From positions 1 to 64,000 of the IMG/VR virus record IMGVR_UViG_3300029288_000066: DNA of 64,000 nt. One strand, given 5' to 3'. The position numbers and the translations under genes were made by a program. How positions within the stretch are numbered: the first letter of the stretch is position 1; every line of letters begins with the position of its first letter. Source of the DNA: a virus. Its lineage: Duplodnaviria > Caudoviricetes. The notes under the pieces were generated by a model. It saw nothing but the letters and a program-made list of their open reading frames with translations, ran no database searches and was not told the origin of the DNA. Below are positions 28,772-38,413 of this stretch, piece by piece.

Positions 28772-28826
28772 GCATAACAAAGTCTAAAAAAACATTAAAA
28801 CGATTTTTTACACTCAACCGTTATTC
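28772..28826 (+). other. attC-like site 5 (last in array)
   Basis: GCATAAC-AA-AGTCTAAAAAA..TTTTTTACACT-CAACC-G|TTATTC. Confidence 0.8.
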
Positions 28827-29384
28827 TTCATTTGGTTTCCAAGTTTTTAAATTTGTTTTCCCCTTATCAAAACACTCTTTGCATATGGTAACAATCCACC
28901 CTTGTGTGGAGCCCACATCCTTTGTAGTGCCGCAAAATTCACATATTTTATAAGACATATTTTCAGAAATTCTTATCATTCCATTGATATATTCATCTCC
29001 GCCGCTTGTATAGAATCTAAGACCTCCAAATTTTTCCTTTGCCTGGAGCAGTTGAATTTTTGGTGCTGGTATGCTCTCTTTTTTTAGGCTTTTTTCGAAC
29101 CTACACAAAAACTTCGATGTTCCTTTTTTATACTTGAGCCAGTTTTTTATCTTTGGCAACACAATCCTCCAAAACTTAGATTTTATTTGCGTGTGAGGAT
29201 GCCTTTCCAGACTCTCAATATAACTATGAATACAGTCCATTAAAGAATCAACCAAAACATACCATCCGTCGCCAAATTCAAAACCAAATTGCATTGGCAT
29301 TATGAGTCCGCCTTTATGGACTTTGAGATACTCAAAGAACTTCGGATATTTCTTAATTAATTTTGCTTCTAGTTCTGATTTCAT
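28821..29384 (-). CDS. conserved phage protein (QAKEKFGGLRFY...CEFCG..C..C)
   Basis: motif common in large phages; start likely MKSELE. Confidence 0.7.
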   Translation of the reverse strand: MKSELEAKLIKKYPKFFEYLKVHKGGLIMPMQFGFEFGDGWYVLVDSLMDCIHSYIESLERHPHTQIKSKFWRIVLPKIKNWLKYKKGTSKFLCRFEKSLKKESIPAPKIQLLQAKEKFGGLRFYTSGGDEYINGMIRISENMSYKICEFCGTTKDVGSTQGWIVTICKECFDKGKTNLKTWKPNEE

Positions 29385-29879
29385 GAGATTTTCTCTTCGT
29401 AATTCACACAAATAATTGGTAGAATTGTTAAACTTTTGTTTTTTAATTTTTCCACATTCTTTTCAATTTCAGCTAAAGCATCTTCAATACTATCTTGTTC
29501 TTCATGAACAAAAGGTTCATCCAGCTTTTGTAAAACACACCTATCGAGTGTTTTCACATAATATCCATCTTGAACAACCTTTTGAAGATGCTCTGGATAT
29601 ACCATTTCGTAAATTATATATTTCATCTTTTCCTCCTTTTTTTATTCTTTTGTATTTACTTCTATAAATGCTACTATTACAAGTCCCGCCAACGCAAAAA
29701 ATCCAAAAACTAGCGGAAGTCCTAGCCACATAATTGCATCCCATCTTGAGGGAGTGAAATCGCATTTTTTATTCATAAAATTGCACATGTGCCTGCCCAT
29801 AATGATAGCTGCAAAGGTACACAGTATAAATAAAACCAACAAATCTTGCGGTACTCCTGACAAAAAATATATCATAATA

Positions 29880-30386
29880 TTAAAAATGATTTTGAATAAC
29901 CACGTTAATTAAAGTTTGCAGTTCAGCATCTGATACTGATATAATTCCAGTATCATATATTTTTTTGCATTCAGCATCCCCAATAAGATAGGCATACATT
30001 TGAAGGGTGCCGTCTTCGAATAATGTAATCCAGTGTAAATTGTGGCTTGTTACTCTTACATACCCATACTGCTGCCTATCATATCCACCACCAGATACAA
30101 TTACATCCTTCATTGTTTCTCGAATATAAGTTCTTTTAAGCTCTTCTGAAAGTTCCACACCTTCTTTTTTTAAATTATCCGCTTTGGGAGTTTTAATCAC
30201 CTCAAAATCAATTGGCTTATAAAGCTCAATTATATATTCCCACTTCCACTTAAATAAACGAAATTCTTTATAAACATCAACCCAGATTTTATATCCATTT
30301 TTGTTGCAATATTCTTTTGCACCATCAATAACAGATTGTTTATCAAATCCAGATATACAAACACGCAATGCTTTTCCTAGATACAT
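29880..30386 (-). CDS. hypothetical protein
   Basis: start likely MYLGK, below the promoter at 30407. Confidence 0.6.
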   Translation of the reverse strand: MYLGKALRVCISGFDKQSVIDGAKEYCNKNGYKIWVDVYKEFRLFKWKWEYIIELYKPIDFEVIKTPKADNLKKEGVELSEELKRTYIRETMKDVIVSGGGYDRQQYGYVRVTSHNLHWITLFEDGTLQMYAYLIGDAECKKIYDTGIISVSDAELQTLINVVIQNHF

Positions 30387-30406
30387 ATTTTTAGTTTTTC
30401 TCATTA

Positions 30407-30432
30407 TACGAAAAAGATTCAAAAAGGTTATA
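30407..30432 (-). promoter_or_regulatory. ECF-type promoter TATAAC-N16-CGTAT; nearest upstream promoter for the cassette ORFs
   Basis: recurrent motif. Confidence 0.6.
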
Positions 30433-30480
30433 TTTAATATTGAGTTATTAAAAAAGTTTTATTATATTTATTAGAAATTA

Positions 30481-30996
30481 ATGTTTATGAAATTTGTAAG
30501 AGAAATAATACAAGAAATAATTACAGAAATCTTTGACACTATTGAATTGCCTGATGGGATAGAAATAATTAAATCGTCTCAGAATTTAACGATTTATAAA
30601 TTTGTGTTTAACAATATAATTTATGGAGTCGGTTTTGGGAAAATCACAAATACTGATGGCATGATAATAAATGACAACAAAATTAAAGACTTAATTTCAA
30701 GTTTAGAAAAATATTCTGTAAACTTTGGAACGCTTGATAAAAACAATCAAATCTCCGATGATATAGAAACAAATGAATATAAAGCAATTAAAATAATTAG
30801 TTTCGTGGGTGCCATAATTAGGGAATTCATAAAAAACAACAAGGTTGATGTAATATCCTATTTTGCAAAAGATACACGTGATGACGTATATAAGTATATT
30901 TACAAAAAATATTTAAAAAACGACTTCTTCTATTATACGGCAAAAGAATCCCCATTCTATGACAGAATTTTTATAAAAAAGGAGTTTGTACAATGA
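30481..30996 (+). CDS. hypothetical protein with VREIIQEIITE N-terminal tag
   Basis: TATTTATT at 30465 just upstream. Confidence 0.65.
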   Translation: MFMKFVREIIQEIITEIFDTIELPDGIEIIKSSQNLTIYKFVFNNIIYGVGFGKITNTDGMIINDNKIKDLISSLEKYSVNFGTLDKNNQISDDIETNEYKAIKIISFVGAIIREFIKNNKVDVISYFAKDTRDDVYKYIYKKYLKNDFFYYTAKESPFYDRIFIKKEFVQ

Positions 30997-31592
30997 GCAG
31001 AGAAATTGAAATCAAAAGAAAACTTAAGGTTAGGTTGCAAAACGGACATGTTTTATCGTACAATTCTATCGATGACATTTTTAAAAACACCTTCAAGTGC
31101 AACATGTTTAATTCAGAAATAAACATAGGCTATGGCAATAGCATCCCAGAATTATACATGGAATTAAACTGTAATGTTAACAGATATTTATCCGCAGACT
31201 CTCTGTTGGATAATCTCAACAATTATTTTACAGGGTATTCTATTAGAAAAGATAAGTACAAAAGCATTATTTACCTAGAAGATGCAATAATCTATCATAA
31301 TTTCATAAGAAACTATGATACAATAAACAAATTCTGCGAACAAAGTGAAATGAAATCCCCCAATGCACAGAATTGGTTTTCTTTGTTTATAAAAGAGGTT
31401 GAGATTGATTTATATAAAACGAAAGCGCTGATTCAGGAACATTTTAAAGAAGAAATACAAGAGATAAGATATATAAGCATAAAGAACTTTAAAGACTTTA
31501 CATTCACCTGCTATAATTCCAATTCTATTGGAAAATCATACACCTTAAGCTATGATGATTTATCCTCTGCCACTAGCGCCCCCAATGTTTAA
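30993..31592 (+). CDS. hypothetical protein
   Basis: 199 aa, ATGA overlap with the previous gene. Confidence 0.6.
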   Translation: MSREIEIKRKLKVRLQNGHVLSYNSIDDIFKNTFKCNMFNSEINIGYGNSIPELYMELNCNVNRYLSADSLLDNLNNYFTGYSIRKDKYKSIIYLEDAIIYHNFIRNYDTINKFCEQSEMKSPNAQNWFSLFIKEVEIDLYKTKALIQEHFKEEIQEIRYISIKNFKDFTFTCYNSNSIGKSYTLSYDDLSSATSAPNV

Positions 31593-31700
31593 TGCCCTGC
31601 ATTTTTCCTCTACTTTTTAGCATCCCCTTTGTAAAAAAAAAGGCTACGAATCAAAATTTGTGAATATTTATTAAATATGCCAATAGCTTAAAAAATCAAA

Positions 31701-32597
31701 ATGGAAACAAAACCCATTCTTTTTGAATCAGACATTACCGAAATTTATAATCTTATAAATGAAAATCAGAATTCATTTGATGACATTTGGCATGCCATAA
31801 AGGAAAAAATAAAGAATTCGATAAAAAAAGTAGAAACTAAAGAAGACGCTATGGGCTATATAAAAAGCACTGTTAATAAAACAAAAAACCTTCCATATAA
31901 AGTAAAAAACAAAATACTTTTATTTATTATCTTTACTCTAATGGGAGTTTTCGGAAATACTGTAATTATGGACTCGCTTCCTGGAGAACTCGATTATCTT
32001 AAACAAGGAATAATCCAGCACCAAGGTCCCAGACAAGAAAAAACACACCCCACAAAAGCATCAGAAAAATTAAGAGATTTTATAAAAAATGAAGAAGGAT
32101 TTAGATTAAAAGCATACGATATCGGTGACGGAATGATAACAGTCGGGTGGGGACATGCAGAAAAGAAAGCTCATTCCCAATTTAGAGTCGGACAAGAAGT
32201 TTCAAAAGAAACTGTTGAAAGGTTATTTGAAAAAGATATGAGATGGGCAGAAAGCAACATAAATAGGATGCTGGATAAGTGGAAAAAAGAAGGAATAAAT
32301 GTAGAAATCAATCAGGAAATGTATGATGCCATGGTTTCTATGGCTTATGGGATGGGGATTGGAAACTTTTTACGTTCAGACTTTATTCGCCTGGTCAAAC
32401 ACAACAAAATGGAAGAAGCGCAAAAAAGAATTTTAACCACAAACGTTTCTTACAAAGGCCACATAAAAAGAAGACAAAAAGAGGCTGAGATATTTGCAAA
32501 CGGTCTGGAAAAGTTAAAATCAGCCCAAAGCATTTTATTCAGACACATGCTCCGAGAAAGTATAAAGAAAATCGTAGAGAAGGAATTTAAATATTAA
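31701..32597 (+). CDS. phage lysozyme (GH24) with N-terminal extension
   Basis: IKNEEGFRLKAYDIGDGMITVGWGH, YDAMVSMAY, KRRQKEAEIF. Confidence 0.85.
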   Translation: METKPILFESDITEIYNLINENQNSFDDIWHAIKEKIKNSIKKVETKEDAMGYIKSTVNKTKNLPYKVKNKILLFIIFTLMGVFGNTVIMDSLPGELDYLKQGIIQHQGPRQEKTHPTKASEKLRDFIKNEEGFRLKAYDIGDGMITVGWGHAEKKAHSQFRVGQEVSKETVERLFEKDMRWAESNINRMLDKWKKEGINVEINQEMYDAMVSMAYGMGIGNFLRSDFIRLVKHNKMEEAQKRILTTNVSYKGHIKRRQKEAEIFANGLEKLKSAQSILFRHMLRESIKKIVEKEFKY

Positions 32598-32650
32598 AAG
32601 CATTGAATTTCTGTGTCCTTTTTTTTATATTTATTAAAATTCTCTATTTT

Positions 32651-32782
32651 ATGCCAAAAAAAACAAAAAACCTTAGCGTTACAATATCATCTAATGTATA
32701 TAAAAAATTAGAAGATGGGAAATATAACAAAAGCAAGCTAATAGTTAGCTTATTAGAAAAATATTTACAAAAAAACAAATAA
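32651..32782 (+). CDS. small RHH-like protein A1
   Basis: MPKKTKNLSVTISSNVYKKLEDGKYNKSKLIVSLLEKYLQKNK; paralog at 54887. Confidence 0.7.
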   Translation: MPKKTKNLSVTISSNVYKKLEDGKYNKSKLIVSLLEKYLQKNK

Positions 32783-32808
32783 ATTTACGTCCACACGCCT
32801 GTTTTTAT

Positions 32809-32837
32809 TTTTTTCTACTATTTATAATAAACAATTA
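32809..32837 (+). repeat. 29-bp repeat containing TATTTATA, copy 1
   Basis: TTTTTTCTACTATTTATAATAAACAATTA, identical at 55050-55078. Confidence 0.9.
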
Positions 32838-32850
32838 AATATTATAAATC

Positions 32851-33009
32851 ATGGGAAGAAAAAAAATTGCACCTGAAGTCCAGGCAAAAACCGTTAAAGT
32901 TCACATTCCAATTGAACTTTATAAAAAATTAGAAGAAAAAAATATTACAAACAAATCCAAGCTGATTAATTGGTTATTGGAACAGCATTTTAATATGATA
33001 GAAAAATAA
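32851..33009 (+). CDS. small RHH-like protein B1
   Basis: MGRKKIAPE..VKVHIPIELYKKLEEKNITNKSKLINWLLEQHFN; paralog at 55157. Confidence 0.7.
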   Translation: MGRKKIAPEVQAKTVKVHIPIELYKKLEEKNITNKSKLINWLLEQHFNMIEK

Positions 33010-33011
33010 AT

Positions 33012-33677
33012 ATGAAAATAGCAGAAGAAAAAAAAGTGGATAAAAAATCTTTAAAAAAAGCTTATGATAAAGCTCGATATAATGCGAATAAAGAATTTTA
33101 TAAAGAATATAGAAAATCTCATAAAAAAGAAATAAAAAAATATTCTGATAGCCACAAAGAACAATTAAAAGAATATAATAAAAAATATCACAAAGCCAAC
33201 AAAAATGAAATAAATCAGCGAAAACGAGCACATCATTTAACACACAAAAAAAACAAAAGTGAGTATGACAAAATTTATCGAAAAAACAATCTTTCTAAAA
33301 TTAATAGGCGCAGCAGGAAGTGGTTTAATGCTAAGTATAAAACAAATGAGTTGTTTAAATTAAAGTGTAATATTAGAAATTTGATTATATCTTCAATTAA
33401 CAATAAGTATGGAAAAAAGACTAAAAGAACAGAACAAATTCTTGGATGTTCTTTCTCTGAGTTTAAGTTGCATTTGGAGTCTAAATTCGAACATTGGATG
33501 TCCTGGGAAAATCACGGCAAATATAACGGAGAATTTAATTTTGGATGGGACATTGACCACATCGTACCTATTTCCACGGCTAAAACCCTAGACGATGTAT
33601 TGATACTTAGTCATTATACCAATTTTCAACCATTAGATAGTAAAATTAATAGATTTATCAAAAAAAATAATGTATAA
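33012..33677 (+). CDS. HNH homing endonuclease
   Basis: ILGCS..HLESKF..MSWENHG..WDIDHIVPIS..HYTNFQPL..N..K. Confidence 0.85.
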   Translation: MKIAEEKKVDKKSLKKAYDKARYNANKEFYKEYRKSHKKEIKKYSDSHKEQLKEYNKKYHKANKNEINQRKRAHHLTHKKNKSEYDKIYRKNNLSKINRRSRKWFNAKYKTNELFKLKCNIRNLIISSINNKYGKKTKRTEQILGCSFSEFKLHLESKFEHWMSWENHGKYNGEFNFGWDIDHIVPISTAKTLDDVLILSHYTNFQPLDSKINRFIKKNNV

Positions 33678-33684
33678 TTAATTG

Positions 33685-34440
33685 TTAGGACATTGGCAAA
33701 TCAAATGTCTCAATAATTGTTCCAGTAAATATATCTCCCCAAATTGGAATTGCCTTCTTTATAATTGGTACCACAACATTCATCATATCACTATAACTTA
33801 TACCAAGGCATCCTTCGCTCCATGGAAGTCTTCCAGGGGCATTAACACTCAAAGGTTCTGCCATTATATGCCAATTGGTACCATATATTTTGTTATCTTG
33901 TTCATTAACTTCATCAACAACATTATCTTTAGTATTGTCACGCCAATAATTAATTCCCCTTACTTGTTGAAAATAAGGGTATCCCCACGGCAATTTTCCG
34001 CTCCCATTGCCCATGGTAAATTTCCAAGAGCTACGGTATTGGTCGGCTTTAATGACTGCTTCTCCTCCAGGAAGAGGATTTAGTGCACCCCCTTGCCCAT
34101 ACAAGCTTGCTTTTGTTGTAGCTTTTAACGAAATTAATTGCTCGGCTCCATTCTCATCACGATAAGCAATGTAAAGAAAATCAGTGAACATATTTGTAAA
34201 GATGTTTGATGTTCTTTCCCAAACAAAATTGAGATTGTACGACCCAGAATCGAAAAAAATAAAATTATTTTTTTCCACTATTGTTTTTAATGTTTGATAA
34301 TCCATAACTATATTAGGTTTAATTGGTTCTACTACTTCTGCTTTTTTGGGAGTTACGTTAATTTTTTTTGCATCTTCTGCCGCCTTGTCTAATGTTTTTT
34401 CGTCCATTTTTCTTAATATTTGTATCAATAAATAGGACAT
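33685..34440 (-). CDS. possible YkuD/L,D-transpeptidase-like protein
   Basis: YGTNWH...WSEGCL His/Cys arrangement. Confidence 0.4.
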   Translation of the reverse strand: MSYLLIQILRKMDEKTLDKAAEDAKKINVTPKKAEVVEPIKPNIVMDYQTLKTIVEKNNFIFFDSGSYNLNFVWERTSNIFTNMFTDFLYIAYRDENGAEQLISLKATTKASLYGQGGALNPLPGGEAVIKADQYRSSWKFTMGNGSGKLPWGYPYFQQVRGINYWRDNTKDNVVDEVNEQDNKIYGTNWHIMAEPLSVNAPGRLPWSEGCLGISYSDMMNVVVPIIKKAIPIWGDIFTGTIIETFDLPMS

Positions 34441-34463
34441 AAAAATATTTTTTATAATTCAAA

Positions 34464-34990
34464 ATGCTTGATGAAAGGAAAGGTAAAACTTTTGAGGAAA
34501 TTTATGGAGAGGAAAAGGCCAAGAAATTAAAGAAACTGGGGAGTTTTCGGGCTTCTGGCGAGAAAAACCCAATGTATGGTAAAAAAATGTCAGAAGAAAC
34601 TAAATTAAAAATTTCTAATGCAAACTCTGGTGAAAAAACGAAAATTACGGAAAAATTGTCAAAAGAACATCTTCAAAAATTAATTGATTTTAATACAAAT
34701 AGAGTTGTGTCAAAAGAAACTAGACAAAAACTGAGAGATATAGCCCAAAATAGAAAATTTTCAAAAGAGACAAAATGTCAATCAATTCTTCAAAGGAAAG
34801 TAATGGTGATTTTAAAGGTGTAGTATATCAGTATGATAAAAAATGTAACTTAATAAAAACGTGGAAAGCACTTTACGAAATTGAAGGCGTATATGGCAAA
34901 AAATATTGCAATATATGCAGTTGTATAAATGGAAAAATAAAAAGTGCTTATGGATATGTTTGGACAAGAAACAAAATGAGCCAAGTGTAA
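34464..34990 (+). pseudogene. NUMOD3/NUMOD1 homing-endonuclease DNA-binding remnant, frameshifted near 34775
   Basis: GEKNPMYGKKMSEETKLKIS (NUMOD3); VYQYD..IKTW..SAYGYVW (NUMOD1); no catalytic domain seen. Confidence 0.65.
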
Positions 34991-35012
34991 TTGACTCATT
35001 TTAATATGTTTA

Positions 35013-35780
35013 TCACAATTCTGATAAAAGCAACATTTCATCTGACCAAGCCCCAAGAATCTGCCAATAGAATCCAAATGGAGACTGCACTAGGAGAATG
35101 GGGTCTCTCTTCTCGTATGCTTTTTTGAAGTCGTTTTCTTCTGCAATAACATAAAAGACTGGTTTTTTATTACAAAGAGCTTCCATCTTTTTTGTATAAT
35201 CTTTCATCACCTTAATTGCTTCATCTGGAAATTCAGGAACGAAAATATCGGACGTTTTCATAACAAGTTCATATTTTTCCAAAATAACATCAATCTTTTC
35301 TTCCGTTGTGTTTGGAAATTTATCGAAAAACAGCTTGTTTTCTTTGTATTTTTTTCTATTTTCCAATCTTTCAATTAAAGCCTGTACTTCTCTTTTTGCA
35401 TAATACTGAACAATTAATTTTTCCTTGTCTTTTAGTATTTCAACCTTTTCATCAATCAAGGCTAAGGAGAATGGTGTCGGCACCGTTTCCAGTTCCTTAA
35501 GTACATCAACTGGTTTTATTTTTATTTTCTTGGGTGGTTCATATCCACCACCGCCACCAACATCACCATCCATCATAATATTCCTGCCAGAATATCCATT
35601 ATATTGGCTTGAGTAGTTTTTAAAGTCAAAAAGATAATTATCATCCAACTTATTGCTGCCTGGAGCACTATCTATTCTCGAATTATATTCGTCTACTAGT
35701 TTTTTATTCTTTCTACTGAAAACTCTTTTGAACTTTTTGAAGAAGCCGTCTTTTGGGTCTGTTAATTCTATTTGTAACAT
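35013..35780 (-). CDS. conserved hypothetical protein
   Basis: 255 aa ending RDPILLVQSPFGFYWQILGAW. Confidence 0.7.
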   Translation of the reverse strand: MLQIELTDPKDGFFKKFKRVFSRKNKKLVDEYNSRIDSAPGSNKLDDNYLFDFKNYSSQYNGYSGRNIMMDGDVGGGGGYEPPKKIKIKPVDVLKELETVPTPFSLALIDEKVEILKDKEKLIVQYYAKREVQALIERLENRKKYKENKLFFDKFPNTTEEKIDVILEKYELVMKTSDIFVPEFPDEAIKVMKDYTKKMEALCNKKPVFYVIAEENDFKKAYEKRDPILLVQSPFGFYWQILGAWSDEMLLLSEL

Positions 35781-36469
35781 GATTTTTATTTTAATTTGTT
35801 TCTAAAGTTTTAATTCTTTTAACCACTAATCCCCATGTATCTTCCAGTCCGCATGCACCATACATGTCAAACCACTGAAAAAGACCATAACAATAATATC
35901 CTTTTTCAAATGGCATTAGGGCTTCCACCACTGGAATAAGAGCGCTCCAAGATTCGTGGAATTTAAATGTTGTATCTAATTCAATTGCGCCTTTTAATCT
36001 CCACACTCTTCCTTTATCGGGGAAAGAGTTATCAATCTTCCATCCCATAAATTTTGCTATGGCAACATTTCCTAATACAATATTGGGTTCTTCATATTCA
36101 ATTTCTTCCATGGCTTACTTTACAAGTGAATTTATAGCTTTTTTAATTATTACATTCATTTCTGCTTCTTTTTTTTTAATTGTTCTATGTGCCGAAATGA
36201 GAAATCTAATTTCCATTGCATCAGCATTTAATTCGACTTCTTTGCAGCTATCTATATGTTTACTGACCTCAATTTCTAGAACATGTTTTTTAACTTCATC
36301 CAACAACTCTGGGGACAAACACACGCCATACTTTGTGCTTTTAAAGCTTTCTTCTGATTTGTATAAAATAACATTCATCTCAGGAATGTAGAAAATTTTA
36401 TCCGACACCACTTCTGTGGGGTGAACTCCAAATTGTACAAATCTTTTACAAAAAAACGCTTTCATGCTT

Positions 36470-37960
36470 TTAATCTCTAATAACAACTTCTTCTTGTGTG
36501 TCGTAGTCTGGCGGACATTCTCTTTGATAGTCATTCCCTATTATTTCACGTGATTCATCCACTTCATTTTCAAACCCAATTCTTCTTTCTGCGCCAGCGT
36601 TATTCAACCTATCATTAATTTTTTGTTGTGCTTTTATTTTGTCAAGTATTTTTATTTCGGCATCAATTTCATCCAATAACCAATTAACAGTAATGTCAAA
36701 ATTTCTATTCCCACTTTTTATAATCATATCTTGCTTCAGCTTCATCATAGATATACTGTTATATATATGAGCTCCAGTAACCTGACTAGAATGAAACTTG
36801 TTAATTATTTTTGGATTAATAAAGACTTCTACATCTTTTTTCTCAGTTAAGTTGAATTTGTATTTTAATGATTTCAAAATTATTTTCAAAATATTATCTT
36901 TTGATAGCTCATCAAATATCATCACTTTATCGAAACGTCCTGGTCTTTGTGCCGCCAAATCTAAAAGAAACGCAGAGTTTGTTGTTGCAAGGATTCCAAC
37001 ATCTTTTGGAAGCTTGTCTGTGCCGTCTAGTATATCAAGAAAGGTTTGTAACATTTCTGAATATCCGCCGCTATTCCTTGAGCCCAGAGATAAATCCAAA
37101 TCGTCCAATATGAGCAACGAAGGTTTAAGTAAAACAGCAAGGTTTACTTTTTCATTTAAATATCTACATATTGGTGTTTTAATAATGGTCACTCCCCTAT
37201 TCTTGAGCTCATTCATAAGAGTTAAACACGACTCTGTTTTTCCAGTTCCAGGCACCCCAACCAAGAGAAATCTTAGCAATTCTTTGTTGTTGGAGAAAAC
37301 ATTAATAAACATTTTAAGGTCTTCCATTTGAGGATTGGGAAGATAAATATCGTTCATTGTTCTCTTCTCAAGCTCTCTTATTTCCCATTGAAAAACATTT
37401 GGCACCATCGTTATGTATGAACCAGCCAATTCACTTTCTCTTAATGCTCGCTGAAATAGTTCTTTATAAACATATGTGTTTTTGTAATATGTTTTTTCGG
37501 AAGAGGTAAGGGAAATTTCATAAAAAATCTCTCCATTGCTTTTATAAATGGAAAATCCCATTTTTATTGTCAGTCCAAGAAATTTAAACCACACCTCCTT
37601 GGTTCCCAAATAACCATATAAAGAAATAGTATCTACAAATTTTTCATTGACCAATCCAATCATTTCAACCTCATCATTTTCTTGTTTTTTCTTTTCCTGA
37701 TAAATGATGTTAAAATAATCTGAAAATATTTTGAACACGGCCATGTTGAAGTGTTCTGTAAAATTCAATCTATCCTTATACTTGTTCTTTTTTAAGTCCA
37801 CGGAAGATTTTGACTTTTCTTCTTTTTCTTTCTCTGCAGCACTAGTTTTTTCTAAATACGTGTCTACAATTGATTTGTTCCTCGCTTTGTTTGAGCCTTT
37901 CATTCTGTCTTTTTTTTGGAATCCCCTTGATTCAAGGAAATTGATTAGTTCATCTGACAT
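36470..37960 (-). CDS. AAA+ ATPase
   Basis: GVPGTGKT, LILDDLD, ATTN, RPGRFD. Confidence 0.88.
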   Translation of the reverse strand: MSDELINFLESRGFQKKDRMKGSNKARNKSIVDTYLEKTSAAEKEKEEKSKSSVDLKKNKYKDRLNFTEHFNMAVFKIFSDYFNIIYQEKKKQENDEVEMIGLVNEKFVDTISLYGYLGTKEVWFKFLGLTIKMGFSIYKSNGEIFYEISLTSSEKTYYKNTYVYKELFQRALRESELAGSYITMVPNVFQWEIRELEKRTMNDIYLPNPQMEDLKMFINVFSNNKELLRFLLVGVPGTGKTESCLTLMNELKNRGVTIIKTPICRYLNEKVNLAVLLKPSLLILDDLDLSLGSRNSGGYSEMLQTFLDILDGTDKLPKDVGILATTNSAFLLDLAAQRPGRFDKVMIFDELSKDNILKIILKSLKYKFNLTEKKDVEVFINPKIINKFHSSQVTGAHIYNSISMMKLKQDMIIKSGNRNFDITVNWLLDEIDAEIKILDKIKAQQKINDRLNNAGAERRIGFENEVDESREIIGNDYQRECPPDYDTQEEVVIRD

Positions 37961-38413
37961 TCTTTATAAAACCAGGTTTTCTTCATTTACAACTATATTC
38001 TGTTTTTCGTCTGGGTTATTGATATACTTCTTATATTCTTTAATCTTTTTAAAGAACATTTTATCTATAAGTCTGTCGTTGGTGAACAAAAGAACACATC
38101 CTTCTCCTTTGTTCCAATATCCAAGCATTGCAAAAGACATTCCTATTTTGGTATCTCTTTTTACATCTTTAATTTCTTTATAAAATTTAAAATGATACTT
38201 TGGATAGTTTTTTACAATTCTTTGAAATGATTCTCCTTCCTTAACGTCTTTGGGGAAGGGGTTTGTTGGGTTTCCTGCTGGAAACAAATTCAACGTCGAG
38301 ATTAAAAACAAAAAGATAATTACTTTCATGATTTATGGTTTTTTGATTTATGTGACAAAGAAACGAAAAAAAAATGACAATTCATAATAAAAAATACGTT
38401 TTTTTATTTATGA

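Larger units (their letters stand above)
26047..28826. mobile_element. integron-like locus: integrase + attI-like site + 5 cassettes
   Basis: four intact AAC...GTT hairpins and one degenerate one; each cassette start is complementary to the outer arm of its own hairpin. Confidence 0.85.

Noticed and set aside
26900-28826. Shufflon or simple MITE explanation for the inverted repeats
   Set aside because: Each unit has its own distinct inverted repeat and a separate intervening hairpin. There is no common repeated recombination site and no target-site duplication.
29890-29910. TGAATAAC...CGTTA as the closing attC of a sixth cassette
   Set aside because: Too short, no stem, and it lies inside a coding sequence.
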